Part shown: positions 12,254 to 25,283 of the stretch, piece after piece
How positions within the stretch are numbered: position 1 is the stretch's first letter
Layout of the letters: every line of letters begins with the position of its first letter
Assembly: GCA_050230475.1 (NCBI GenBank)
Contig: JBFLGF010000132.1
Coordinates: forward strand, 1-64,000
From: Ancylonema sp.
Lineage: Eukaryota
DNA: 64,000 nucleotides
Reading direction: 5' to 3'
The notes under the pieces: model-generated
What the model saw: only the letters and a program-made list of their open reading frames with translations
Databases searched by the model: none
Told to the model about the DNA's origin: nothing
Program-made: the position numbers and the translations under genes

Positions 12254-15200
12254 CTACCGCACAAATGGAAGGATGAGGTACTCCGCATAAAATAGCTGCA
12301 ACCAACACGAGCCGTAAGATGGTCAAGAGCGGTAATCAACCGTCGTATTACCGCGTGTGGAAATACAAACAAGAACAAAGCAGGTGCAAATGAGGAGGTA
12401 AACAAGAGCTCTTACCTTCCAAACAAACATGTACGTCTCGTAAATGGATTTGTTGCATTTAATATCTACAGCCTGGGCTCTTCTCCACAGAATGAGTCCC
12501 AGAACCCCATGGGTTACCACCTGCAAATAGTCAAGGAAAGAGAGAGAATCGCGCTTAAAAAAATACTCTTCGCCGCCATAGAAACATCCGATTTTCATGT
12601 TTTTTGACATTTTTGAGCTTTCACACACGCCAGAGTGGTAGTCACCGTCACAATTTTACTCCACATGACTTTTGAGGCCAACCCCATCGCCACCCCCCCC
12701 GCATACGCGGCACACAGAATGAAAATGCACGCCCAGTACACCTGCAGGTTGGAAAGCCACCTACAAACTCGTCAGGTACGCCCCCATTTGTCAGGAGATA
12801 GGAAAGGGATGGAGAAGGAAAAGAAATCTTACCCGTTCCTGACCCAGCTGTACTGTGAAGGAATGGATACCAAAGACCCGATCCCCCTCCACATCTGGAA
12901 TGTCCTGGAAGACGACAGATAAGACGCAGGGGAACCGTTGTGGACCTCTGGGTTTCGGTACCAGGAAAGAAGGTCTCCGTTTCCATGCCACGTTTTCAGG
13001 AACACTCAACCCTCGATGTAAGAAACTTCGTTAAAAGAACTCTTCGCTACGAGAAACTGTTTTTGCGATTTTTTTCCCCAATTTTACACTCAAAATGTGA
13101 TATTCATAAGAAACATTCGCTATCAGAAACTTTTCCACCGGCATTTTTAGGTTTCTTATATCAGGATTGAACTGTACCTTGAACAGCGCAATGACAATGG
13201 AGAATAGGCACATGAATGCGGTGGCGAAGACGAGCTGGCGGCTGTAAGTGCTCGCTTGACCCATCACAGACTGCTCACAGGGACACCGCGAGGGAATGAG
13301 CATATGGCACAAAGACAAGAGTGAGATGGGATGGAAAATTTTGATGGGTGATGTGTGACTTTCTCTTTGACTTCCAGTGGATTTGTGGGTGCCTCATTCC
13401 CACATCTCCATAAATGTTCTCCCCGACAGATCATTGGACGTAGACAGTACAGAAAGGGGTATGAGGGGAGGGAGGCAAAAATATACATATTTCCATGTGC
13501 CCAACACTTGATCATCAAATTTCGTCTTTATGGTCCCCCCTTTCTCTACCTCGCATCCCTCCCGCACCCTCCACCTTCTCCCCCCCGTGTGTTCCTACCT
13601 CCCTACCTCCCTACCTCCCTACCTCCCTACCTCCCTACCTCCCTACCTCCCTACCTCCCTACCTCCCTACCTCCCTACCTCCCTACCTCCATACCTCCCT
13701 ACCTCCCTACCTCCCTATCTCCCTACCTCCCTACCTCCCTCCCTCCCTACCTGTATGTGTGCGTAGAATCCGATCTGTACCACGAGCGCCCTGACGGCCA
13801 GAATGCATCCAGCGGCCAGGAGAGGAACCTTCTTCCAACGGAGAAAGGGCAACTGAACAGGAAGGGGAAAGGGGAAGGGAAGGAGGAAGAAGGAGTAAGA
13901 TCAGATCCTATGCCTAGCCTGTGTTCTTTTGCTTTATTTTGTGCTGCTAACAGCAGTCCACCTCGAGTTTTATGACAATGATGGCAGCCGTTCGTGTCAA
14001 GTTTTTGCTTTCGCGTACTTCTTTAACACCATCCCCTGTTCCTGTGCCTTACCTCTATGGAGTAGGCAGTTCCGAGCAGCATGCTGATGCCTAGGGTGGC
14101 GAGCAGGGGGGTGGATCCCACTGCTGCTCCAAGACTCAAGCTCTGGGGATTCACAAACACAAAGAGAAGAAAAATAACGAGTTTTGATATTTGTGTGGAA
14201 TCCTTCTCACGCCTCTACCCACTGAATGTCTGTCACCAACTGAGAAACTGAAAAACTGAACGAAAAACCGAAAAAACTGCCTGAGTTTTGGATTTCTACC
14301 AGCCAATCCAGTGACACGGAAGTTTCTAGTTGAACTTCTGGTACCACTAGAAACTCCCTCTCCACCTCTCTTGGGACAGGTGCGACTTTCACAACGTGAA
14401 GGGAAGTAATTAGAAGTCAGTGAAGTGAATGGATGGCAGTTGGGTACAAACGATGGACTCGCACGTAGAATACTGTGTGTATGCACATGTAAATGCACAT
14501 CTTCACTTGTGGATACAGATACGCATTCTGTACCCCTATAATGATGGCATAGAATATTCCCAGGTTTTATTGCACTATACCCGGGTGTCACTTTTGAATA
14601 CTGACTGTTCATAGAGACATTAACGAGTACCTCTACGCGATTGTAACAAATGTTAAGGGAGGGAAATTCCCTAAGCGTGCCGGGGATGTCTCATAAAAAC
14701 TTTCCGCAGTGATAGTTTTATCACATGCAAGAAGCACCGCTACACACCCTGTAAATAAAGTCGTATCCCATAGTACCACGGTTGTGTCGCCACTTCCGTG
14801 TGACTATGATGAGAGCAGGGGAAGTATAACACTCTTGAATGTCACTATAACCAGGTTGCCACAGACATGGGGGTCATTACAACAGGCTAATACCAGACTT
14901 TTCCATGCAAATATGGAATTGCATACACATCTTCATTTACTTGAACATGTAATGATACACGAAAAAAAACGAACTCCATCACATATACGTATGCACACAC
15001 AGGTATATGCACCTCTATGTACTAATCCATACACGGATACTCATATTTATGAGAAACCTCATAGATTTACATGCTACCACCCGTATATAATTCCCCAAAT
15101 ATGTGTTGAAACTTGAAATGTGCAAGGCTCACCAATGCTGCACATGTTGTGACGATTGCCCACCCCATTCCTACTGAAAAGTCACCAGACGCGAGGGGGA

Positions 15201-16663
15201 GGTACGGCTTGTTAACCTGAGCCCCAAGAGCAGAAAGAGGAAAAACATGCATGGGCATCCACACTGTTCAGCCATGACAGCGTCTGTATCGTCCACTTCA
15301 ATTGTTTTTTCAGACTCCAGCAACACATAACACACAGCCTCTTACTGCTGGCAGCATGAGTATAAGTCCACCAGGCATTCCAGGATATACCTCTGGGAAA
15401 GAACCTCGGGCAAAGAACCTCTATAGAGAGCTATAAATAGCCACAACACCTACCTTGTCGATTTCGATGTCAGACAGCTGGTTGAGGCCCACAATGTACA
15501 CATTCATGAGCAGCGCAGGCACCATTGCCTGCACTATCCCGGTAGCAACAGCCCACGCACATCAATACCCCTCCCTGCCTACTCACGCGTGCTCCTAGAA
15601 TCCTCGGGGGTGATCGGTAAGAGCACGAGGTGTCGTCTGCATACCTGTACTACTCCAATTGCAAATCTGGTGTTCAGATCTCCAAGCTTCTCCGCAGCAA
15701 GTAAGGACACGGAGCAGATGCTGACGACCTGCAGAGGCACGCTTCGCAAATGCGAGTCAGGAGCCAGAGTCACAACAACGGCTGCAGTAAATTCTCAACC
15801 CCAGCTGCCACCCGTCTGTGGAACACTTACGGTGCCAAGTATGGTGTGTGGACGGCTGAAACGCACGAATGCGTCTAGCCAAAGAAGGCTATGAGAAATG
15901 GAGCCTGCGCCGTCGCAGCCCTCGGGACAGGATTTCATGTCAGGTGTGAGCTGATGCGAACAAATTCTGAAGCTCATGTGTGGTACTCGTCACATATAAC
16001 GATCATTCGTTCATCTAATCATCTGATCTTACTTTGATGTTGATCTGTGCGGCCGAAAGCTGAATCCAATTCCCTGGGTGCAGCTGTAGCTTCTACAGAA
16101 ACTCCAGGTGCCAAACTACGTGGCTGCCAGCGTTTGGGCACAAGACAGGGTACCAGACGCGTCCCGAACAGCTCACGTCCAAGCTTGCAGTGTGGCATCT
16201 GTTTGCGACGACCTGCAGCTCACGGAAAGTGGTGCTGGAAGGACTAAGTTTGTCGACACCAGAAAGGTATTAAATCAGACAAGCTGCAATTATTTGTGAA
16301 GGCGGTCACAAAAGAAATTTTCTCCTACCCTTCTTGCCTTATGTCACCATATCTAAAATAATAAAAATAAACTTCAGGGAGAGAAAAACAAAAAAAAACA
16401 GAAAAAAAAAAGGGGACCCGGGACGTGGAACGATTTTCATAAAATTACCAGTTCCAGCTGACCACATTCGGTTACTGGAGCCTACCGTTGCTGCAGACAG
16501 GCCCGATGCTGCCTTTAGAACAAGCCACAGCCTTCACAGTAGATGCTTTGGCGGACATCCGGAGACTGCCACATTTCTCATCAGCATTTGGGACTCCGTA
16601 TGCTCTTGGACAGCGAGTTGACACACCTAGAGTCGCTGATCGTTCTAAAGCCTCCATAGACAT
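12254..16663 (-). CDS. HPT1: Homogentisate phytyltransferase (HPT1/VTE2), UbiA prenyltransferase family
   Basis: Minus-strand GT-AG exons: ~15950-15831 (AFVRFSRPHTILGT), 15728-15645, 15528-15454 (NVYIVGLNQLSDIEIDK), 15216-15133 (VNKPYLPLASG), 14142-14053, 13852-13751 (LPFLRWKK...ILAVRA), ~13270-13178 (FSIVIALFK), 12904-12833 (DIPDVEGDRVFGIHSF), 12741-12646, 12520-12416 (YMFVWK), 12295-12254 (LFYAEYLILPFVR*). Both Asp-rich motifs are present. FSRPHT, GLNQL, LPLASG and WKLFY fit HPT rather than HST. Putative transit-peptide exons (16663-16486, ~16210-16033) are less certain. Confidence 0.93.
13595..13750. repeat. (CCTACCTC)n intronic microsatellite
   Basis: 8-nt unit repeated in tandem inside an HPT1 intron, directly at the donor site. 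Confidence 0.95.
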
Positions 16664-17358
16664 ACACCCCTGGAGATCGTGGCAAGTACTAGGACCCTTG
16701 AATCAAGATTACTGACTGGTGAAATACGGGATCTGCATTCCTGGATAGCAGTGCAGCTCAAAAATTGTGACCGATTTCCGAGATGCTGCTTCAGTTTAAT
16801 ATTCTAGAATACCGACTTTCTAGAATACCGACTAAGTGATCCGCTGACTTACTAGTGGAAACTCGTATGGATTTCGCACTGCAGAACAGGTCGGAAGCGA
16901 TGCAGCGTGCAGAACTTCACTACAGACAGGCGCTGAAGTGATGGAAGCAGTTACAGAGTAATGATATCCACTCTCATGACTCATGAGACCGCGAGGTTGG
17001 TTCCCGATGCAAAAGTTTGGTATCGCGCACGTGTGGTTGACTAAACACGTGGCAGCGAAAAAAGCATTTCGAGTCGACGAGTTGCCACGCCCAATGTGCG
17101 CGGTTTTCATTTCATGTTTTCGCGCACAGATCAACGCGTGTCTGATGATCGTACAGTAACCGGAGGCGGAGCTGTCTGTCAGAAGTCCACGCGACCAAGT
17201 GCCGGTACGGAAGCTCGGCCCTTCTTCCACTCCTCTGAGAGTGCCATGGACAGTTCAGTGCTTTATACATGCTCGCTCGAGACGCGCACCGTGTCAGATT
17301 TACGGAACCGTGGCGATCAGCTTTTGTCCAGATAACTACCACGACAGTCATCTGTGAT
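16664..17358. promoter_or_regulatory. Putative bidirectional promoter between HPT1 and VTE4
   Basis: Spacer between divergent starts. Contains tandem ttctagaataccgact x2 (16802-16833), the palindrome tctcATGACTCATgaga (16972-16988), and CACGTG at 17028-17033 and 17046-17051 (ACACGTGGC). Confidence 0.6.
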
Positions 17359-17470
17359 ATGTTAAAAGCATTCAACTACACACTTGCCCTAGCACTGGCA
17401 CTCCGGCCTTGTAGGTATCAACGCCTCTAAGCCATTGCATTTTCAGTTCGACGCATTATTCGTCATCCGA

Positions 17471-20037
17471 ATGGATGCTCTGGTCATCTTGCCAGGTGCT
17501 GTATATGGGTCAAGTAATATGAATGTTAGAGCCATACCGTTAAGACTAGAAGAATATCGACGAAGTAGGTCGCATAATGCAATTATATGTGGAAGAAGAG
17601 GGATTCGCGCGGGCCGGGTCGGGCCGTGGGAGCGGATCCACGACACAATGAGGGTGCTGGCATCAGTGACTGAGGTGATAACATTGTACTATTATCTCCT
17701 AATACTTGTGCATTCTTTCGGGTGACACTCAGTACGCCTGCAGTGGTCCACCTTCCGTTACCTGCACCTCAGAATTTGCATATTCAAATATGCCCGGGGC
17801 GTAAAGTTTTCTTACTCTTCTGGCGCAGGCCCGTACAGATTCTGAACTGAAGGAAGGAATCGCTGAATTTTATGACGAGTCTTCTGGTGTATGGGAGGAC
17901 ATGTGGGGGGAGCACATGCATCACGGCTATTATCCTCCCGGCCAAACTGTTGACAATCGACAGGCCCAGATCGACATGATCGAGAACTCCCTCGCCTGGG
18001 CGCACATTCCTGGTACTTGAAATGCTTCCTTGCTCTGGAATCGCGCTCAGTCCTAATACGCCTAATAGTCCAAAGTCTCATGTTACCTCCTAGCTGCGTC
18101 CAGATACACAGGCTATCATCTAGTGTCTCAATCGTACTGCCAGTAGAGTCGCCATATGTTTTTCGTCGATACAAAGTCACTCAGCAGGACCCGGTCCTGT
18201 CCCGTTTGCCCTCTTTATTGTCACAACCTCACACAGCAGATCTCTAAGACTCACATTGGAGCCATAAGAAGCAGACGGGGGGGGGAGGAGCCAAAAAAAA
18301 AAAAAAAAAAAAAAAAACGAATTTTACCTGGTTGGGTCCAGAGGAGGGAGAGGAGAGGCCAAAGACAATCGTGGATGTTGGCTGCGGTATTGGAGGAAGC
18401 GCTCGCCACCTGTCACGTAAATATAACGCTCAAGTGAAGGCTATTACGTTGAGCCCTGTGCAAGCCGCCCGGGGGAACACCATTTGTGAAGCACAAGGAT
18501 TGGCCACCCAGGCAAGCGAGAGCATCTGCCTTCACGCAGACCTGTGCACTTCAGAAGCTGCCTACTGTGTGCACAGGACACAGTTTGCATTCGATGAGTG
18601 ATTTGCAGTGGCAGCCCTCCTGGACTGCAACTACCTTCAACCACAAACTCGTCTCTTGTGTGTCGTCTAATAAATATTTTAATATATTTCTTTTGTGGCC
18701 CCTCTGTTCCAATTTCAGGTGCAGTTGCAAGTGGCAGACGCGCTTCATCAGCCATTCTCCGACAACTCCTTCGATCTGGTGTGGTCCATGGAAAGTGGGG
18801 AGCACATGCCCAACAAGGACAAGGTACAATACCGACCAACGAACTTGTGCCTACTTCTTCCTGCCTACTACCATTTGTGACTACCCATTCATTCGCCTAC
18901 CCTTTCTTATCAGATCCCATCCGTGTCCGTATCCGAATCTTTTTTCATAGTCACTCCCATCGCGTATAACGCACCATCCTTCGTTCTAACGAGCTTGTGC
19001 AGTTTGTGGGCGAGCTTGTGCGTGTTTGCGCCCCTGGAGGCCGTATCCTGGTGGTCACCTGGTGCCACCGAGACCTTTTGGCGACAGAAAGCGACATCAA
19101 CGCGCAGGAGAAGGTGGTGCTGGATCGCATCTGCTCCGCCTACTACCTCCCTGCTTGGTGCTCGGGAGCAGAATACGTGCGGATGTTCCAAGGAGCCGGG
19201 CTCAAAGTACCAACCCCTCGTCTCCTCTCCTCTCTATCGCAGTGGCAAGAGAGAACGACCCAGGGTCGAGAGAAAATGAAAAAAATAACTGTGGTTGACC
19301 CACCAATCGACCCACCTGCGCGCTCAATACAAATTCCCGTCATTTCAACTGGCAATTGATGACCAACACACAGATTGCCCCACCCTTTCACCAACTATAT
19401 TTCTAATGACCACCCATTTCGGAATTTTTCCCGGGTCATTGTCTCTGGCCAGTACGGTACTCCTATCCCCAACCCTACTTGCATGGTATTTGGTATTACA
19501 CACTCAAGCTTCTCTTGTTTGGGTTAGGCGCTAAGTGAGGGGGCGTATATTCAAACTGAGTTATCGCATCTTTGTTTTCTGACAGGATGTGAGGAGTGCT
19601 GACTGGACGGAGTTTATCACTCCCTTCTGGCCAGCTGTCATGGCATCCGCTCTCAGTCTCAAGGGGGTCATGGGGCTACTCAAATCAGGTGCTACCACCA
19701 TCCCACGCCTGGAGCAGACCTGGATTTGACATGTCAAAATCCACAGATTTTATCACTTCACTCGATGCACCCGATATTTTAGAACACCTAGGCCCAGAAT
19801 GTTAGTCTGATTTGGCTCTCGCTACCGGTTGTTCCAAGTTAAATGCCAACTTCCTTCAACACACCGTTCCTTGATGGATTTTGAAGTCTTTTCTTCCTTC
19901 CCCCCCTCTCTACCTTGTATTGTTATGTTCCAGGTTGGACCACAATGAGGGGAGCGCTAGCGATGACTCTTATGGTGCAAGGATATCGACAGGGCCTCAT
20001 CAAGTTTGTACTCATAACGGGACAAAAGCCGTTATGA
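17471..20037 (+). CDS. VTE4: Gamma-tocopherol methyltransferase (VTE4)
   Basis: Exons ...-17674, 17829-18012 (GIAEFYDESSGVWEDMWGEHMHHGYY), 18342-18511 (IVDVGCGIGGSARHL), 18719-18823 (FDLVWSMESGEHMPNK), 19003-19206 (APGGRILVVTWCHRDL...YYLPAWCS), 19586-19688 (ADWTEFITPFWPAV), 19934-20037 (GWTTMRGALAM...GLIKFVLITGQKPL*). The start is uncertain (ATGs at 17359, 17471, 17519). Confidence 0.95.
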
Positions 20038-21274
20038 ATGACATGAATTTTGATGATACGGGAATTCAAAGTGAGGGTTGTGATACTTCCCCCTCTGTTA
20101 TGAACATTATCGCTCTTGCGAGCGGGCGAACTTTCCACAGTGATAATAAAACCCATAACCTTGTCCTTTTTATGAAGACGGAGCTTCCATTTTTTTCTGC
20201 TGCTGCATGCGCACTTGATATCTCCGCCCAAAATCATCATACGAAGGATTGATCGAAGCTGTAATTTATGTGCTGAGTGCACTTATGTAATAAGACCTTC
20301 AAATCGTGCACGCCCGGTCACAAGCCCGTTCCACACCATCTTGCAAGGAAGTACGCGTTGACGACCTTTGTGGTTGTAGCTAGCCCCATCGACCACTTTG
20401 CACGTCCCCACAAAACCACATTGGACTTGTGCGCGACTCCAACCCTTCTAGCGCCAAGACCACGAATTAGGGGCAATGCCGTAGGAACATTATGTGTACA
20501 TCTATGGTGTTTGTACCTCACATCAAGGGACTAGTCGAAGAGAAATGTGTCTCAAAAAAAAATATGCAATGGTTTTCGTTCTGACGTGATTAGAATCCGT
20601 TAAGATATGTCGAATACCCAAACGTACACGGGTCTGGACACTCGAGAAAGACGTGCTACAACCGGATATAAATGTCACTCCAACAACTTGATATAACATA
20701 CTTTGCATGCTTCTTTGCAAAATATTTTCTTGCCATGATAGGTGTACAAGCGTGCACATGCATCCCAATTTCCACACATACACGTGGCCTATGCAAGACT
20801 AAACATAGACACGCAGCACCATAGTTGGACCCGATTCTATCTTGCGCGGATCCGGATCGGAGTCGCGGAATATCATGTGAAAAAATGTAGAAAAAAAAAA
20901 AAACATGCACCCATTGTGGCATAAAATTCCCACCGGCCGACATTGTTTGTTTCCTCGTTGGGACTGATCGGAAATCTCCGATCCAAAGCAGATCCGGATC
21001 GGGGATTGGGATGAACTATGATTAAATGATTTTATCATATACTACATTTGGTGCATGCTAAACTAACCATGTGTGAGCTATCATGAGTGGTGTGGATCCC
21101 AAACCAACGTTTCTATCATTCCCAAAGTCTCCATCTCCTATCACAAGTCACATGTGTTCTACACGACCAGTAAGCAAACCATAGACTATCACACACGGTG
21201 CCGTACCCCGTTGATCCGTCGATTGTCGCGTCAATCATTCTTTCATATCGTACCTGCCCCCCCCCCCCCCCATC

Positions 21275-24200
21275 CTACTCCTCGTCTTCTTCCTCCTCTC
21301 CACTCAGCCCCTCCCCCCCTGAGCTGGCCCCATCCTCGCCCTCCTCCTCAGCCGAATAGGCAGAAGCCACCCGAGCGCCACCCCCTCCCACCTTCTTTCC
21401 ACCTCCTCTTACCAAAAACTCTTCTTCCTCCTCCTCCCTCTCCTCCTCCTCTTCCTCCTCGCTCTCCTCTTCCTTTCTTCTTTTTGTCCCTTGTCTTGCC
21501 CCACGCGTCCTCATCTGCCGCGGTTCCACCACAAGACTACCCCCCATGTCCGAATCCGCCATACCACGGTAGCTCGTAGAACCACCAGTCCTCCACCTCC
21601 TCTCCCCTCCTGCCTCCTCCTCCTCTCTCTCCTCCTCCTCCTCCTCCTCCCCCTCCTCCCCCTCCTCCTCCCTCCTACCCATACCTGTACCCATACCAGA
21701 ACCTGCCCCCTTCCCCGTACTTCTTCCTCTTCTCCCCACTTTCCGCGATTTTTGTGCGCCACTCTTCCTGCCCCTTTTCGACTTTGTCCCTTTTTTCTTC
21801 GCAGGCTTCTTCAGTTGGAGCGTGATTTTGCCAACCTTTGGCACCCCCACCCCCACCCCCCCCTCCCCCTCCCCCTCCTCCTCCCCCTCCTCATACCCCG
21901 ACAGCGGCGGTGCACGTGGACGCCCTCGGATCCTCTGGGAAACCCTCCGCCCTTCATCCCGCCCTCCCTCTCCCCCCGCTGCAGCCTGCCGTGCCTCCCC
22001 AACCCCCCCCCCTTCATCCGCATCCGCCCCCCCCTCCTCCTCCCTCCCCAGCCCCTCTCCCCCTTGAGCCTCCCGAGGCTTCACCCCCCCCCCTCCCAGA
22101 TTCATTTTCACACGGATCCCCTTCAGAGTCCTCAGAGTCCGCTTCTTGGTCGGCATGTTGGAGAACAGTCCCTGACTAACCCCCCCCTCCCCAACCCCCA
22201 CCTCCTCCTCCCCCTCCATCCCACCCGCCCCCACCCCTTCCTCCCTCTCCTGCTCCCGCACACCTTCTGCAATCACTTCTCGGGCTTCCCTAGCCGCCCT
22301 ACGCAGCGGTCTACGACTTGGACCCTCCCCATCCTCTACCACCCTCCCCTTCCCCCCCTCCCCCCCCCTACCCGCCCCCACCCCCCCGCCCGGCCCAGCT
22401 CGAGCCAGTGCCCTCGCAGCTCGTGCCTCCACCATTTTCTCCCTCCTGTTTTTGGGATCAGGGCTCGGGCTGTCGCTGTCTTCCGCCACCCGCGACCGAC
22501 GGGCGGCTCGTGGGGGGCCCAACCGCTCCTGCCAACCGCAAACACCCCATTCACTACACTGAAACCTCTCCTAATTGATACTGTGCTAATCAAATTTTTT
22601 TCCTTTTTTTTTTCCCCTGCCTGATTCGGGGTTATCACCCAGAATCTGACGTGTTAATCAATAACCTGTCTGAAGCAGTAATTATTATATATTTTTTTCC
22701 GGTCCCTACAGTATTAATTAAGACAGGTCTTACTGTACATCAATAACCGCATCCGGATTCCACCCTCATGCCCACACAGAACCTTCCGTCCACAATCTGC
22801 ACAACCCTTCAACCATTGGCATACTTTGCAAACCCTTGGTGTAGAGTGACAGGTGGCACTCACCTTCTTTGCCCTTCTCCTCCTGCTCCTCCTCTCCCCA
22901 CCTCCTTCTCCATCCCCATCCCTCCTCCCCTCCTCATCGGTGCTCTCCGCTTCTGCCTCCTCCTCCTCCTCCTCCTCCTCCTCCTCATCATCCCAAATCG
23001 GACTCCTCTTCCTCTTCGCTCTCCTCCCCCTCCCCTCCTTCCCCTCCCCCTCCTCCTCCCCCCCCCCCCCCCCCCCCCTCCTCCCCTTCCCCCCCTCCTC
23101 CTCCTCCTCCTCCTCCTCACTCTCCCCCAAATAGTCGGACAAAACATCCTCCCCCCCCCCCCCCTCCGCCCCACTCCCCTCCTCAGACGAATCCGGTTGA
23201 ACCCAAGCCCTCTGCCTAGAATTCGGCCCCAGGGGCAGAGCTGGCACCGGGGCAGGCGCCTCCCACACCCCCCCCTGGGCTGGCAGCACGTTGTCCACGA
23301 TCCCAACCACCACATCCAGCCGCTCCCAGGGGCGGTCGTACCCCAGCTGCCCCAACCGCTGGTGCTGGTAGGGGAGCTGGAGGGCGTCAGGGTGCGGTAG
23401 CATGTCTGACGCACAGGAAGGGGGGGGGGGGGGGAACAACGGTTATCACCCTCCCACCCATTTTGGAGGATGGGGAAGGGTGGAAGGGTGGATGGTTGAC
23501 GTTTCTTACAAACATTGCAGAGAGGGTCTCGCAGGTTGCGTATGTGGGGGGGAAGCTCCGTCTCCTGAACCCCAACCCCGACGCTTAACCCCAGGGTGAG
23601 TATCCTACAGGAGGGGGGGGGGGGGGGGGGCGTTCGGGGTTGAACCTTGTCCAGAGAGTTGAGGTCCGCGTCCTCGATAAGAGCACGAAAGTCGCCAAGA
23701 AAAAACTGCCAACCGCCCACTCCCAACTCCCACCATGAGCCATTACAGTTGAACATGTTGAACAATAAAACTAATCATGAACCTGACAATGACAAGACAA
23801 TAATGCTAATCATGAACCTGTCTGAAGGAATAGAAAGTCTTCCGCCCCATATCGGGTTATCACCCAAAATCTGACGTATAAATAAATAACCAGACTTAAT
23901 TTATATATATTTTCCGGTTCTGGCAGTATTAGGTAAGACAGGTTTTAGTGTACATGTACCAAGATCTGGTCAAACCCCCGGTCCCATTACCCGGACCCGT
24001 ACCCGTCCCGCCCCCCGTACCTGGTCTAGCAGGCTATTCGGCCAGGCAGTAGCAGCCCCCGAGCAGAGGTAGTAAATCTGCCCCTCCTCATCGGACACCA
24101 TCAGGGAAGTCCCGTCGCTGAACAACCACAGCCCCCCCCCCCTGTCAGCCCCCAACCCCCATACCCACCCCCCCCCCATCCCAACCCCCCCCCCCCCCGC

Positions 24201-25243
24201 AAGGGCTTCGTTTCTCACGGCGAGAAATGTCCGTCCACTAGTTTGCAGTCCGTGACTTGCACGCGTTTCAGTTCCTCCCCCGCCCAAATGTCCCAAAAAA
24301 CCACGCGACCGTCGTACCCGGCGCTCATGGCGACGCGGGGGTTACTCGGGTGGACGTCCAAAACATACGTCTAGAAAAGGAAAAGAAAGGAAGACCGCAA
24401 TTTGAGCCCCCCCTCAGATCTTGGTACCCTCCTCTCCTCCCTACTTGCTCCCCCACCACCATTTCCCCCCCCGACCCCAACCTCCTTCTCATGCCCCAGA
24501 AGTGCGTGCACCAGCTCTCCATTTTTGGCGCTCCACACACAAATGCGACGGTCTACAAACAAACAGACAAACAGACAAACAGCAGAAAAGGGTAAACACG
24601 TGACCCAGGTAGATGCAGGAGGGGGGGTTGGGGGTTGGGCCGGGGGAGGGGGGGGGGGAGAGGAGGATACCCATGAGGGCCGTGAGCACAAAACGGTTAT
24701 CGAGACTCCACACCGCCATGTTGACCCCCATGTCTCGCGACAGTTTGTGGCGGGGGGGGGGCAGTCCTGGGGGAGGTGGCAACTGGGCCACTTTCAGATG
24801 GTGGAGCTTCTGCCAGGAGCGGACCTTCTTCTGAGAATACCCCACCCACCCCCCCACCCTCCCCAACCTCCCCGTCAGACAGGGCAGAACTGCAGAACTG
24901 CAGAACTGCAGAACTGCAGTTGGGCAGAGAGTTGGGGGATTTGTGAGGTCTGTCACCTTGGCTTGCTTGTTGTTAAGGATGGGTTTGGCTCTCCATATGA
25001 TTGCCGTCCCGTCTCTTGAGCATGTTACGCATGTGTCCATATCTCCGCTGCCCTCCCCCCGCCCTTTCTTGTCTGTAGGCACCCCGTAGTAGGACCCATA
25101 GGTGCCCACCCGTCGAGACGCATCAGAGCAGTTGCTGATAGGAAGGAGGAAGGGGAGACAAGACACACGGAATGAGCGTGAGGCATGAGGTATCAGGTAT
25201 GGGATGGTCGGGAGGTAGTACAGATTCAGGTTCAGGTTCTGGG

Positions 25244-25283
<40 letters not shown>

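Noticed and set aside
13355..13975. Extensin-like LPPYLPTS repeat ORFs
   Set aside because: Translation of the CCTACCTC intronic microsatellite, antisense to HPT1 exons.
21491..23400. Long Pro/Leu-rich plus-strand ORFs
   Set aside because: Antisense shadows of the purine-rich low-complexity exons of the WD40 gene.
24270..24290. Apparent frameshift in a WD40 exon
   Set aside because: A recount shows WDIWAGEELKRV is in frame.
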